A stretch of DNA of 61,427 bases from an uncultured Opitutia bacterium (lineage in GTDB: Bacteria; Verrucomicrobiota; Verrucomicrobiia; Opitutales; UBA953), in contig CAIVVQ010000038.1 in assembly GCA_903909465.1 (NCBI GenBank), positions 1 to 61,427 of the forward strand, in the 5' to 3' direction. The translations under genes were made by a program, and so were the position numbers. Positions 8,596 through 17,769 of the stretch are shown here, piece after piece. The stretch's first letter is position 1, and the number at the start of each line of letters is the position of its first letter. The notes beneath the pieces are model-generated. The model was not told where the DNA came from, did no database searches, and saw only the letters and a program-made list of their open reading frames with translations.

Positions 8596-10320
8596 ATGTC
8601 TGACACTAACGAACCCGAAGATCATTTAGACGACTTACCCGAAGAAGCCCAAGCTTCCTCGTCTGGCGTCGACCAAAAGAAACTCGCAGAAGATGCCGCC
8701 CGCCGTCGCAAGGAATTACCCATCCTGCAACGTATCGCAAAGCACTTCTCGAAGGACCGCGCGATTTATCGCGAGCTGGTCATCAATGCCGAGACGCTCG
8801 AAAAGCGGGTCGCGTTGTTGACGAACGGCGTCCTCGATAAATTCGAAATCGAGCACAAGGGAGAGAACCGCATGGTGGGTTCGATCTTCAAGGGCCGCGT
8901 GCAAAATTTAGAAGGCGGACTCAAGGCCGCCTTCGTCGACATCGGTCAGCCTAAGAATGCTTTCCTGCATTACTGGGATATGTTGCCAGCGGCGAATGAC
9001 TCACAAGTCGAGTTCACTCGCGACAACGAATCGGCCGAGCAAAAACAGCGCAAGGCGCGCTACCAAGCGAAAGACATCCCGCAACTTTTCCCTGCCGGCT
9101 CAGACATCGTGATCCAAGTGGTGAAGGACCAGATTGGCACCAAGGGTCCACGTTCAACGACGAACATCGCTTTGCCCGGTCGCTACGTCGTCCTCATGCC
9201 TTTCAGTGGTGCGTGCGGGGTTTCGCGTAAGATTGAGGACCTCCCTGAGCGCGAGCGCTTGAAGGACATTCTGCGTTCATTGACCATCCCTGAGGGTATG
9301 GGTGTGATTATTCGGACAGCGGGCGAAGGTAAACAGGCCCGCTGGTTTGTGCGCGACTTGCACATGTTGCTCCGTCGCTGGCAGGCCATCGTCGAGAAAA
9401 TCAATCAACCCGAACGTAAAGCGGTTCTATTGTACAGTGAGCCAGGTTTGATTGAGCGCACCGTGCGCGATTTCTTAACCGAAGAAGTTGACCGCATCTT
9501 GGTTGATAACCCGGAGGACTTCAAAATCGTCCAGGAGTTGGTCGGCGAAATTTCTCCACGTTCCCGTTCGCGCGTGGAACTTTACAGTGACCCAATTCCT
9601 GTCTTCGAGCGCTATAATATTGAGCGTCAGATTGAACAGCTCTTCCAACGTCGCGTGCCCCTTCCTAGTGGTGGCGAAATCGTGATTGATGAAACCGAGG
9701 CATTGACGGCCATCGACGTGAACACCGGCTCTCACCGCAGTGGTAAAGACGGCAAGGACGGCAATTACATCACGATGGCAAACATCGAGGCGGTTACCGA
9801 GGCGGCGCGTCAAATCCAACTCCGCAATTTGGGCGGCTTAATCATGATCGATACGATTGACATGAAGAGCCCGAAGGATCGTAAGAAAGTTTACGACACG
9901 CTGTGCGATGCGATGGAAGGGGATCGCGCAAAGCACCAGATTCTCCAGATTTCACAGTTGGGCGTATTACAGATGACCCGTCAGCGTCACACCGAGTCGA
10001 ATACGACCTCGATGTACACGGCCTGTCCGCACTGTCAGGGTCGCGGTATAGTCAAAAATCCGCGCACCGTCTCGGTCGAGATTCAACGCAAGCTCCTCAG
10101 CGTCATTCGTCGCCAACGCGAAATCGTCGGACCCGACAAAGAATTGGAAATCAATATTCTCCTGCACCCGATTAACCTCGAGCGCATTGTCAGCGAAGAC
10201 CGTGAGTATTTCCGCGACTTAATGAAATCATGCAAAGTGCGCTTGGGCACGAAGCCTGATCCGACCTACAGCATCGAGGCGTTCAAGCTCTTCGATGGTG
10301 CCGGTAAAGAACTGCGCTAA
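8596..10320 (+). CDS. rng: ribonuclease G/E family endoribonuclease (catalytic domain only)
   Basis: S1 domain GSIFKGRVQNLEGGLKAAFVDIG, catalytic TAIDVNTGS, Zn-link CPHCQGRG. The 574-aa protein has no long C-terminal scaffold. Confidence 0.88.
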   Translation: MSDTNEPEDHLDDLPEEAQASSSGVDQKKLAEDAARRRKELPILQRIAKHFSKDRAIYRELVINAETLEKRVALLTNGVLDKFEIEHKGENRMVGSIFKGRVQNLEGGLKAAFVDIGQPKNAFLHYWDMLPAANDSQVEFTRDNESAEQKQRKARYQAKDIPQLFPAGSDIVIQVVKDQIGTKGPRSTTNIALPGRYVVLMPFSGACGVSRKIEDLPERERLKDILRSLTIPEGMGVIIRTAGEGKQARWFVRDLHMLLRRWQAIVEKINQPERKAVLLYSEPGLIERTVRDFLTEEVDRILVDNPEDFKIVQELVGEISPRSRSRVELYSDPIPVFERYNIERQIEQLFQRRVPLPSGGEIVIDETEALTAIDVNTGSHRSGKDGKDGNYITMANIEAVTEAARQIQLRNLGGLIMIDTIDMKSPKDRKKVYDTLCDAMEGDRAKHQILQISQLGVLQMTRQRHTESNTTSMYTACPHCQGRGIVKNPRTVSVEIQRKLLSVIRRQREIVGPDKELEINILLHPINLERIVSEDREYFRDLMKSCKVRLGTKPDPTYSIEAFKLFDGAGKELR

Positions 10321-10325
10321 TTCCT

Positions 10326-10820
10326 ATGGCTGCGGCATCGCTTGAGATTCGTCCAGTGAACTGGTTACAGGCGGACGAATCTCGTGCGGTCGTCGCAGTT
10401 TTAGATTCCTATGCCTCGCACCTGGTGGGCGGCGGCGTGCCACTGTCAGCAAAGGTGAAAGAGAATTTAAGCACCGAACTTTCAAAGCGTACGAACGCCT
10501 TGGTGCTCCTCGCGTGGTCCGAAGGACAGGCGGTCGGCCTGGCAATTGCCTTTGAAGGCTTCTCCACTTTTGCGTGTCGGCCTTTAATTAATATCCACGA
10601 CTTGGCTGTACTCCCAAAGTTTCAATGTCGTGGAGTCGGTAAAGCCTTGATGGCGGCGTTGGAAGCCGAAGCTGTGAAGCGTGGCTGTTGCAAGCTGACG
10701 CTCGAAGTTTTGGAGCACAATCAGCACGCTCGAAAACTCTACGAAACCGTGGGTTTTGCGTCCTATCAGCTCGATCCGGCCGCTGGGCGAGCACTCTTCT
10801 TAGAGAAGAAATTAGCTTAG
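10326..10820 (+). CDS. GNAT family N-acetyltransferase
   Basis: Acetyl-CoA binding motif QCRGVGKALMAALE; 164 aa. Confidence 0.8.
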   Translation: MAAASLEIRPVNWLQADESRAVVAVLDSYASHLVGGGVPLSAKVKENLSTELSKRTNALVLLAWSEGQAVGLAIAFEGFSTFACRPLINIHDLAVLPKFQCRGVGKALMAALEAEAVKRGCCKLTLEVLEHNQHARKLYETVGFASYQLDPAAGRALFLEKKLA

Positions 10821-12719
10821 TTTAATTTTGGGACGGTGACTGAGTAAGCGCAGTCCATTGAGACAAACTATTACCGTGCTACCTTCGTGAACGGAAACGC
10901 CTACTGAAAGGGCGGCGCCTTTAATCACCACAATTATCGCCATTGTCAGCGCGGCACCGATGGAGAGCGCGATGTTAAAGCGAATCGCGGAACGCGCGGC
11001 CTTGCTGAGTTCAATCGCGCCAATCAGTCGACCGATGCGATCATCCGTTAAAACCACATCGCTGGACTCAAGGGCGGCATCGCTGCCCCGGCTCCCCATC
11101 GCAATCGCCACATCGGCAGCGGCGAGGCCTGGTGCGTCATTGACGCCATCGCCGACCATTGCGACCACGTGGCCTTCGGCCGATAGGTTGCGAATGGTTT
11201 GCATCTTCGCCTCGGGCGTGAGGGCGGCGGCGTAATTTTCGATCCCCACCTTCTTGGCGGCGACGGACGCCGCCTCTTCACGGTCTCCCGTAAGCATGAG
11301 GGTGTGAATGTTCCGTTTATGGAGTGCCGCGAGGGTGGCGGCGCTTTCAGCGCGAATCTCGTCTACCAAGGTGACGCGCACGATGGTTGTGCCATCCGAA
11401 CCCCAAACTTCGCTGATGATGGCCTCTGGACCCAGTCCAGCACTCTCAGATAGAGGTGCCCCGACGAACTCGCGTGAGCCCACGCTCCAGCGGCTGCCGT
11501 TAATGGTGCCGGCGATGCCTTGCCCGGGTGAGTTAGAGAGCCCTGTAACAGGGAGGAAACGTGCCCCCTCGGCCTGGCAGGCCTTAACGATGGCGTAAGC
11601 GAACGGGTGAGTGGAATTGCTTTCTAAAGAGAGCAGGGCGCATAACGTTTCAAATCGGTTGCTTGTTGCGGGGAAGACTTCGAGTGCGGCGACCACTGGC
11701 TGACCGGTGGTCAATGTACCGGTTTTATCAAAGCAGATGTAGTCGACATCGGCGAGTCGCTCGACGGCCGAGCCTCCGCGAAAAAGAATTCCTTGGCGAG
11801 CACCCGCGGCGATGGCGGCGAGAATAGCGGAGGGCACCGAGAGCACTAAGGCGCACGGACTGAGCACGACGAGAAGCGTCATCGCGCGGTAAAGGGCAGA
11901 GTCGTCGGCACCAGTGGCGGGACGGCCCAGTATGTAGTATTGGACGAGGAAGAAGACGGTGGCCGCACTCAATGTGAATAACGCATAGATATCTCCCCAG
12001 CGATCGATGGCGCGCTGCGCAGGCGCTTTACTCTCTTGGGCTTCGCGGATGAGGGTGACGATTCTTTGCAGTGCACTGTCTTTCTCTGCTTTAGTCACGC
12101 GCACCACCAGTCGACCCCATGTATTGAGTGTGCCGCTCGAGACGGAGTCACCCGTGCGTTTTTCGACAGGCTTTGCTTCGCCGCTGAGTGTGCTTTCATC
12201 GATTGAACTCTCTCCTGATTCCACTTCACCATCGGCGGCAACGAGTTCGCCAGGGAGAACAACAATGCGGTGACCTGGTGTGAGTTGTGCGACGTTGATT
12301 TCGGATTCCACACCATCACTTCCGATCAAGCGGGCGTGCTTGGGAGCACCTTCCAGGAGGGCATCAATCGCACCGCGTGTGCGGTGCATGGCGTAGTGCT
12401 CAATCGCGCCCGCAGCAGAGAAGAGGAATAAAAGCAATGCACCTTCTTCGGCGTGGCCCACGGCAGCGGCACCGACGGCGACGACAATCATCAAGAGGTG
12501 AACGTCGATGCGTTTTTCCAACAAAGCTTCCCATCCGTCGATGAGGGCATCCCAACCGCCACAGAGACATGAGAGTGTGATGAAGGCGGCGGAGATCCAA
12601 TGTTGAGTCGATGCCGGTGGATAAACTTGAGCGAAGAACAGCGAAAGGATGCCAAATAGACCGCTTAGAGCGCTAAGAACGGCTAATTTCTTCCATTCAT
12701 CGTGATGTTCGTCGCTCAT
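10812..12719 (-). CDS. P1B-4-type heavy-metal (Co/Fe/Zn-like) translocating P-type ATPase
   Basis: DKTGTLT, GDGVNDAP, TM metal-site SPC (VLSPCALV) and HEGSTVIVCLNGLRLL. No N-terminal HMA domain, only MSDEHHDEW. Confidence 0.85.
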   Translation of the reverse strand: MSDEHHDEWKKLAVLSALSGLFGILSLFFAQVYPPASTQHWISAAFITLSCLCGGWDALIDGWEALLEKRIDVHLLMIVVAVGAAAVGHAEEGALLLFLFSAAGAIEHYAMHRTRGAIDALLEGAPKHARLIGSDGVESEINVAQLTPGHRIVVLPGELVAADGEVESGESSIDESTLSGEAKPVEKRTGDSVSSGTLNTWGRLVVRVTKAEKDSALQRIVTLIREAQESKAPAQRAIDRWGDIYALFTLSAATVFFLVQYYILGRPATGADDSALYRAMTLLVVLSPCALVLSVPSAILAAIAAGARQGILFRGGSAVERLADVDYICFDKTGTLTTGQPVVAALEVFPATSNRFETLCALLSLESNSTHPFAYAIVKACQAEGARFLPVTGLSNSPGQGIAGTINGSRWSVGSREFVGAPLSESAGLGPEAIISEVWGSDGTTIVRVTLVDEIRAESAATLAALHKRNIHTLMLTGDREEAASVAAKKVGIENYAAALTPEAKMQTIRNLSAEGHVVAMVGDGVNDAPGLAAADVAIAMGSRGSDAALESSDVVLTDDRIGRLIGAIELSKAARSAIRFNIALSIGAALTMAIIVVIKGAALSVGVSVHEGSTVIVCLNGLRLLSHRPKIKLS

Positions 12720-12876
12720 GTCTCAGCATCTTGCTGTGAATGTGTGTACGGTCAATCACTCTGCTCAAAACGACGCCGATGATGGCCTAGAATTTTTCAG
12801 TTTTCGAAATTTTTTCATCCAGAAATTTGGTAGGTAATTTTCGGCATCGGGGCATGATGAAAATTCCTCTTGCGCA

Positions 12877-13314
12877 GTGAGTATAAATGACTATCAATTT
12901 TATCTAAGAGTTAACCGCAACGTGACGAACCGAACCGAAACCCCTAGCGAAAGCTTAATCACCGTGTCGCTTCCCGTGAAGCTTCACTCCGAAGCAGTCG
13001 CCTTTCAGCAACGTTCCGGTCTCACTAATCTGAGTAAAGTGATTCGTCACGCACTCGAGAGTTACAGCGATAGTCGTCCAACTGTTGAGCCCATTGCGTC
13101 TCGACAAGTATCTTTCCGCGTACCCGCGGAGCTCCGTACTCGTATTACCCGCCAGGCCAAGAATGCCCGGGTAAGCGTGGGGCGAATCGTCAGGATGGCG
13201 CTTCAGGCGCTGCCCTCAAACCCAACAACGATCCAAAATAAGGAAAAAACTATGGCAAAGAAAAAGGCCGCTAAAAAAGCGACCAAGAAGGCCACCAAGT
13301 CGAAGAAGAAGTAA
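12877..13314 (+). CDS. hypothetical DNA-binding protein: two tandem ribbon-helix-helix-like units plus a Lys/Ala-rich histone-H1-like tail
   Basis: Unit 1 is ITVSLPVKLHSEAVAFQQRSGLTNLSKVIRHALESY. Unit 2 is QVSFRVPAELRTRITRQAKNARVSVGRIVRMALQAL. The tail is MAKKKAAKKATKKATKSKKK. The track start is a GTG; an in-frame GTG at 12922 is an alternative. Confidence 0.55.
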   Translation: MSINDYQFYLRVNRNVTNRTETPSESLITVSLPVKLHSEAVAFQQRSGLTNLSKVIRHALESYSDSRPTVEPIASRQVSFRVPAELRTRITRQAKNARVSVGRIVRMALQALPSNPTTIQNKEKTMAKKKAAKKATKKATKSKKK

Positions 13315-13372
13315 TTCTTCTGAGACTTTCCGTCCTTCGTGACGGATGGCCGCCGGCAACAGCCGGTATCAC

Positions 13373-13400
13373 AAGGACCCTCGCAAGGGGGTCCTTTTCT
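13373..13400 (+). terminator. intrinsic terminator after the RHH gene
   Basis: AAGGACCC-TCGCAAGG-GGGTCCTT followed by TTCTGTTT. Confidence 0.65.
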
Positions 13401-13467
13401 GTTTCTAGGGTAAAAGGTTGTTGGCTTGAAAAGGGTGGGGCGGGGGGTTTGTCTTACTTTTTAACCC

Positions 13468-14727
13468 ATGAGTTCTCCTTCTGCTAAAGATGGCCGTATC
13501 ACCATCACCAACGGCACGCTTCACGTTCCAGATCGCCCCATCGTTCCCTTCATTGAAGGCGACGGCACGGGTCCAGACATCTGGCGTGCTTCGGTGCGCG
13601 TCTTGGATGCGGCGGTGGCCAAGGCGTACGCCGGCAAGCGTCAGATTCAGTGGCATGAAGTTTTAGCGGGCGAAAAATCTTTTAAGAAAACCGGAGACTG
13701 GTTGCCCGAAGCGACGCTCACTGCGTTCCGCGATTACCTGGTCGGCATTAAGGGTCCGCTCACCACGCCGACAGGTGGAGGCATTCGCTCGCTCAATGTC
13801 GCACTCCGTCAGCAACTGGACCTCTACGTTTGTCTCCGTCCGGTACAATGGTTCACCGGCGTGCCTTCGCCTGTAAAGAATCCCGGCAAAGTAGACATGG
13901 TGATTTTCCGTGAGAACACGGAAGACATTTATGCGGGTATTGATTTTGAGGCTGGTTCCGAGGTTGCGCTCAAAACCCTTGATTTCATTAAGACAAACTT
14001 CCCTAAGGAGTTTAAGAAAATCCGCTTTGGTGCCGAGGATCCATCGTCGGTGGGTCTGGGCATTAAGCCTGTTTCACGTCCCGGATCCGAGCGTCTGATT
14101 CGCTCGGCCTTGCAATACACCATCGCGAATAATCGCAAGTCGCTGACCTTGGTTCATAAGGGAAATATTATGAAGTACACCGAGGGTGCATTCATGAAGT
14201 GGGGTTACGATTTGGCGAAGCGCGAGTTTGGCGCTGTGGAAATTGACGGCGGACCCTGGTGCAAGATTCCAGAGGGTAAGCCAGGTGCGGGCATCATCAT
14301 TAAGGATGCGATTGCCGATATCACCTTACAGCAGATTCTGACTCGCCCAACCGACTTCGACGTTATCGCTACCTTGAACTTGAACGGCGATTACCTTTCC
14401 GACGCCCTCGCGGCGCAAGTCGGCGGCATCGGCATCGCGCCGGGCGGAAACATCAATTACCTCACCGGACATGCCATCTTTGAAGCCACGCACGGCACCG
14501 CTCCTAAGTACGCGGACAAAGACGTGGTTAATCCGGGCTCGGTTGTGCTCTCCGGTGAAATGATGTTACGCTACATGGGTTGGACCGAGGCGGCTGACCT
14601 CGTGCTCAAAGGTTTGAATGGTGCGATTGGTGGCGGACGAGTGACTTACGACTTCGCCCGTCAGATGCAGGGAGCGACCGAAATTAAATGTTCGGAATTT
14701 GGTGACGCGATTATCGCGGCGATGTAA
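13468..14727 (+). CDS. icd: NADP-dependent isocitrate dehydrogenase (homodimeric prokaryotic type)
   Basis: [12 protein letters not shown] (regulatory Ser context) and [10 protein letters not shown] motifs; 419 aa. Confidence 0.95.
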   Translation: MSSPSAKDGRITITNGTLHVPDRPIVPFIEGDGTGPDIWRASVRVLDAAVAKAYAGKRQIQWHEVLAGEKSFKKTGDWLPEATLTAFRDYLVGIKGPLTTPTGGGIRSLNVALRQQLDLYVCLRPVQWFTGVPSPVKNPGKVDMVIFRENTEDIYAGIDFEAGSEVALKTLDFIKTNFPKEFKKIRFGAEDPSSVGLGIKPVSRPGSERLIRSALQYTIANNRKSLTLVHKGNIMKYTEGAFMKWGYDLAKREFGAVEIDGGPWCKIPEGKPGAGIIIKDAIADITLQQILTRPTDFDVIATLNLNGDYLSDALAAQVGGIGIAPGGNINYLTGHAIFEATHGTAPKYADKDVVNPGSVVLSGEMMLRYMGWTEAADLVLKGLNGAIGGGRVTYDFARQMQGATEIKCSEFGDAIIAAM

Positions 14728-14751
14728 TCGACGCATAGTGTTTTCTACCTG

Positions 14752-14791
14752 CAGGTGCAGGCCTTCTTGGGGCTTGCACCTGTTGTTTTTT
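14752..14791 (+). terminator. intrinsic terminator after icd
   Basis: CAGGTGCAGGCC-TTCTTGG-GGCTTGCACCTG (one mismatch) followed by TTGTTTTTT. Confidence 0.8.
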
Positions 14792-14821
14792 AGGCTAACA
14801 AAGGGTCTTCTTACCTAACCT

Positions 14822-15598
14822 ATGAAACATTCCTTCCACGCCCTCGCCCTCGCCGTTTTCAGCATGGGCATCGCTCAAGCTCAATCCGCTGCTCCTGCGG
14901 CACCTGCACCCGTCGCGATCCCTGATCTCGCCGCCCGTGCCAGCTTCTCTTGGTCTTCCAAGAACGTTGCCCGCGGTAAAGTTCGCTCCAGCGATGATGG
15001 CCTCCTCCAATCGCAAGTCACCTTAGAGTACAGCGTCCCTACCTTCCAAGGTGTTTCCGCTTACGCGAGCGCCTACAGCGCAGATAACTTCGAGCGCACC
15101 TACACCATCGGTGCTCGCACCGATTCCTCCGTTGGCACCTATGATATCGGTTACCAGCACTCTACAGCGACTTCCGTGGCTACGCTATCGGGTAACGGTT
15201 TCATCCAAGCACTTTCCGACCAAGAGTTCTACGTCGGTCTCGTTGCTAATAAAGATGTGGCGCTTCGTCCCTCCGTGTATCTTTACCACAGCACTGAACT
15301 CAAGCAGACCAACTTGGTGATCTCGGGTCGCAAAGATTTCGTTGGCGGTGAAGTCGGTATCCCTGGTTTCGATATTTCGACCAAAGTGTACGCCGGATCG
15401 GTTAATTCATCCGCCAGCACCTACCAAGCTACGGATAACGCCTACCTCTATGCAGGTGCTTCCGTGGACGTGACCCGCACGATTGGATCCGGTGCCGTTA
15501 TCGGTGCAGGCGTCCATTATGCTTACAACACCGATGGCCAGGCTAAGACCTCGGGTAGCACGACCTGGTACAAGGTTTTCGCTAACTTCCGCTTCTAA
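14822..15598 (+). CDS. putative outer-membrane beta-barrel protein
   Basis: Signal peptide MKHSFHALALAVFSMGIAQAQ, alternating amphipathic strand pattern rich in Y/G/S/T, C-terminal FANFRF (terminal aromatic). Confidence 0.6.
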   Translation: MKHSFHALALAVFSMGIAQAQSAAPAAPAPVAIPDLAARASFSWSSKNVARGKVRSSDDGLLQSQVTLEYSVPTFQGVSAYASAYSADNFERTYTIGARTDSSVGTYDIGYQHSTATSVATLSGNGFIQALSDQEFYVGLVANKDVALRPSVYLYHSTELKQTNLVISGRKDFVGGEVGIPGFDISTKVYAGSVNSSASTYQATDNAYLYAGASVDVTRTIGSGAVIGAGVHYAYNTDGQAKTSGSTTWYKVFANFRF

Positions 15599-15621
15599 GC
15601 CGAAAAAGTCCTGATTTCGTT

Positions 15622-15658
15622 AGAAGGGCGTGACTTTGGTCACGCCCTTCTTGTTTTT
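15622..15658 (+). terminator. intrinsic terminator after the OMP gene
   Basis: AGAAGGGCGTGAC-TTTG-GTCACGCCCTTCT followed by TGTTTTT. Confidence 0.85.
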
Positions 15659-15744
15659 ACGGTTTAGAGGGTCCAACCCCGTTTTTCGCCTCTTTGGGTG
15701 TTGACGGAGGGGTCCCAAGTCTCATTTTCCGACTTTCCCTCTTT

Positions 15745-16179
15745 ATGAAGACCACGCTAGCTAAGAACGTGCAGCTCAAGGACAAGACCTGGTACATCAT
15801 CGATGCCAAGGATCAAGTTCTAGGCCGTCTCGCCGTCAAAATTGCCAACGTCCTCCGCGGACGCCACAAGCCAACCTACACGCCCCACGTCGACACGGGT
15901 GATTACGTCATCGTGCTCAACGCTGACAAGGTGCGCCTCACGGGTTCGAAAGAAACCGACAAGACTTACATGTTCTTCACCGGTTGGGTAGGCACTGCTT
16001 ACCGCCGCACCGCTGCTGCGATGCGCGAGCGTCGTCCTGAGTTTCTCGTTAAGCACGCCGTTAAAGGCATGCTCCCTAAGAATCGTTTGGCGAATGACAT
16101 GCTCTTGAAGCTCCGTGTTTACGCGGGCGAAAAGCATGATCACGCGGCATCGAATCCTCTCCCTTTCCCAAAAATCTAA
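15745..16179 (+). CDS. rplM: 50S ribosomal protein L13
   Basis: MKTTLAKNVQLKDKTWYIIDAKDQVLGRLA is a typical L13 N-terminus. The internal ATG at 15745 was chosen over the track start. Confidence 0.95.
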   Translation: MKTTLAKNVQLKDKTWYIIDAKDQVLGRLAVKIANVLRGRHKPTYTPHVDTGDYVIVLNADKVRLTGSKETDKTYMFFTGWVGTAYRRTAAAMRERRPEFLVKHAVKGMLPKNRLANDMLLKLRVYAGEKHDHAASNPLPFPKI

Positions 16180-16194
16180 TTATTATAAGTTTCA

Positions 16195-16596
16195 ATGAGC
16201 GCTGCTAAGTCTTCTCCTATTTCTGCCGTCGGTCGTCGCAAGACGGCTTCGGCTCGTATCCGCATCACGCGTGGCACGGGTGTGATTTCCATTAACGGAA
16301 AACCCATCGAAGAATACCTTTACACCGAAGCCCTCGTTAAGGCGGCCACTGCTCCTCTGCGTACCTCCGGTCTCGAAGGTCAGCTCGATATTGCCGTGAA
16401 CGTTATCGGTGGCGGTCCTAACGGACAAGCCGGAGCGATTTCCCATGGTTTGGCTCGTGCCATCCAGAAGATGGATCCAACCCTGCGTGCCCCTTTAAAG
16501 AAAGACGGTCTCCTCACCCGCGATGGTCGTATGCGCGAGCGTAAGAAGCCCGGTCGTCCTGGTGCCCGTAAGCGTTTCCAGTTCTCCAAGCGCTAA
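16195..16596 (+). CDS. rpsI: 30S ribosomal protein S9
   Basis: GRRKTASARI near the N-terminus and basic C-terminus ...RKRFQFSKR. Confidence 0.95.
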   Translation: MSAAKSSPISAVGRRKTASARIRITRGTGVISINGKPIEEYLYTEALVKAATAPLRTSGLEGQLDIAVNVIGGGPNGQAGAISHGLARAIQKMDPTLRAPLKKDGLLTRDGRMRERKKPGRPGARKRFQFSKR

Positions 16597-16623
16597 ACCG
16601 CCTCAGGAAACAGGAACAATCAA

Positions 16624-16648
16624 GGCCCCGGCACCCCGGGGCTTTTTT
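16624..16648 (+). terminator. intrinsic terminator after rpsI
   Basis: GCCCCGG-CACC-CCGGGGC followed by TTTTTT. Confidence 0.8.
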
Positions 16649-16707
16649 ATTGCCCAGTTTTCTATGTCCAAGCGTCCAAACGTTGTTTAATCCTTCTCTA
16701 TTCCGCT

Positions 16708-17757
16708 ATGTCTCAAACATTGACCAAGGTCGGTATTGTAGGTGCCTCGGGCTACACCGGGGAGGAGTTGGTGCGTGTCCTAGCGCAACACCCTAAGGTA
16801 TCGCTCGCCGCCGTTTGTTCGCGGTCATTGGCAGGCAAGTTCGTCGTGGATGAGTTGCCACGGTTGCGGGGCCTAGTCGATGCGTCGTTGAAATTTTCGG
16901 CATCGTCGCCTGCCGACTGTGCTGCGTCCGATGTGGCCGTTTGGTTCTTGGCTTTACCTCACGGCGTGGCGACCGAATACGCCGCGCCCTTGGTGGCAGC
17001 GGGCAAAAAAGTTTTGGATCTCTCGGCAGATTTTCGGTTACAGAATTTAGATAATTATAAAAAATATTACGGACACGAGCACCCCGCACCTGCGTTGGTG
17101 GCACAAGCCCAGTATGTGATTCCTGAATTACAAACGAGCGACGCTTGGAAGTCCGCCAAACTCATTGCGTGTCCGGGTTGTTACCCGACCAGTATTCAAG
17201 TACCAATGGTGCCGCTCTTGCGGGCCGGTTTAGTGAAACCAGAGCCTGGTCGGTTAGTGGTCAATTCTTACAGCGGTGTTTCGGGCGCAGGCAAAAAAGC
17301 CGAAGTGAATTACCTTTACTGCGAACGGGAGGGCTCGGTGAAAGCCTACGGTATTCCTGGTCACCGGCACATTGCCGAAATCGAAGAAGCGTTTTCAGCG
17401 GCTGCGGGTCAGCCCGTGGTCATACAATTTAATCCGCACCTGGCACCCATGCATCGGGGGATTGCGACCACGATTGTGGTACCCGCAGTAGGCGTCACGG
17501 CGGCACAAGTGGAAGCATGCTGGCAGAAAGTTTATGCGAATAAGCCTTTCGTCTCGATTTTGAAGTCGGGCGATTTCCCCGACACCGCACACGTCGCCAA
17601 CACGAATCGGGTTTCGATCTCGGTGGTGGCCGACGCACGGACTGGTAATTTAATTATCACTTCAGTCATCGATAACCTCTTGAAGGGTGCGGGCGGACAA
17701 GCGGTGCAGTCGTTGAACTTGATGATGGGCTGGCCCGAAACCACGGGTTTGCGCTAA
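16708..17757 (+). CDS. argC: N-acetyl-gamma-glutamyl-phosphate reductase
   Basis: GASGYTG NAD-binding N-terminus and catalytic Cys in ACPGCYPTS. Confidence 0.94.
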   Translation: MSQTLTKVGIVGASGYTGEELVRVLAQHPKVSLAAVCSRSLAGKFVVDELPRLRGLVDASLKFSASSPADCAASDVAVWFLALPHGVATEYAAPLVAAGKKVLDLSADFRLQNLDNYKKYYGHEHPAPALVAQAQYVIPELQTSDAWKSAKLIACPGCYPTSIQVPMVPLLRAGLVKPEPGRLVVNSYSGVSGAGKKAEVNYLYCEREGSVKAYGIPGHRHIAEIEEAFSAAAGQPVVIQFNPHLAPMHRGIATTIVVPAVGVTAAQVEACWQKVYANKPFVSILKSGDFPDTAHVANTNRVSISVVADARTGNLIITSVIDNLLKGAGGQAVQSLNLMMGWPETTGLR

Positions 17758-17769
17758 GCGATTTCCCCA

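Noticed and set aside
12720-12876. Possible NiCo (czcD-type) riboswitch in the leader of the metal ATPase
   Set aside because: I read the minus-strand leader by eye. It is AT-rich, and I could not find the conserved G-rich junction elements I associate with that riboswitch. An Infernal scan would be decisive.
16597-16707. ARG-box operator upstream of argC
   Set aside because: No TNTGAAT-type palindrome is recognisable in the 111-bp region, and no argR is in the window.
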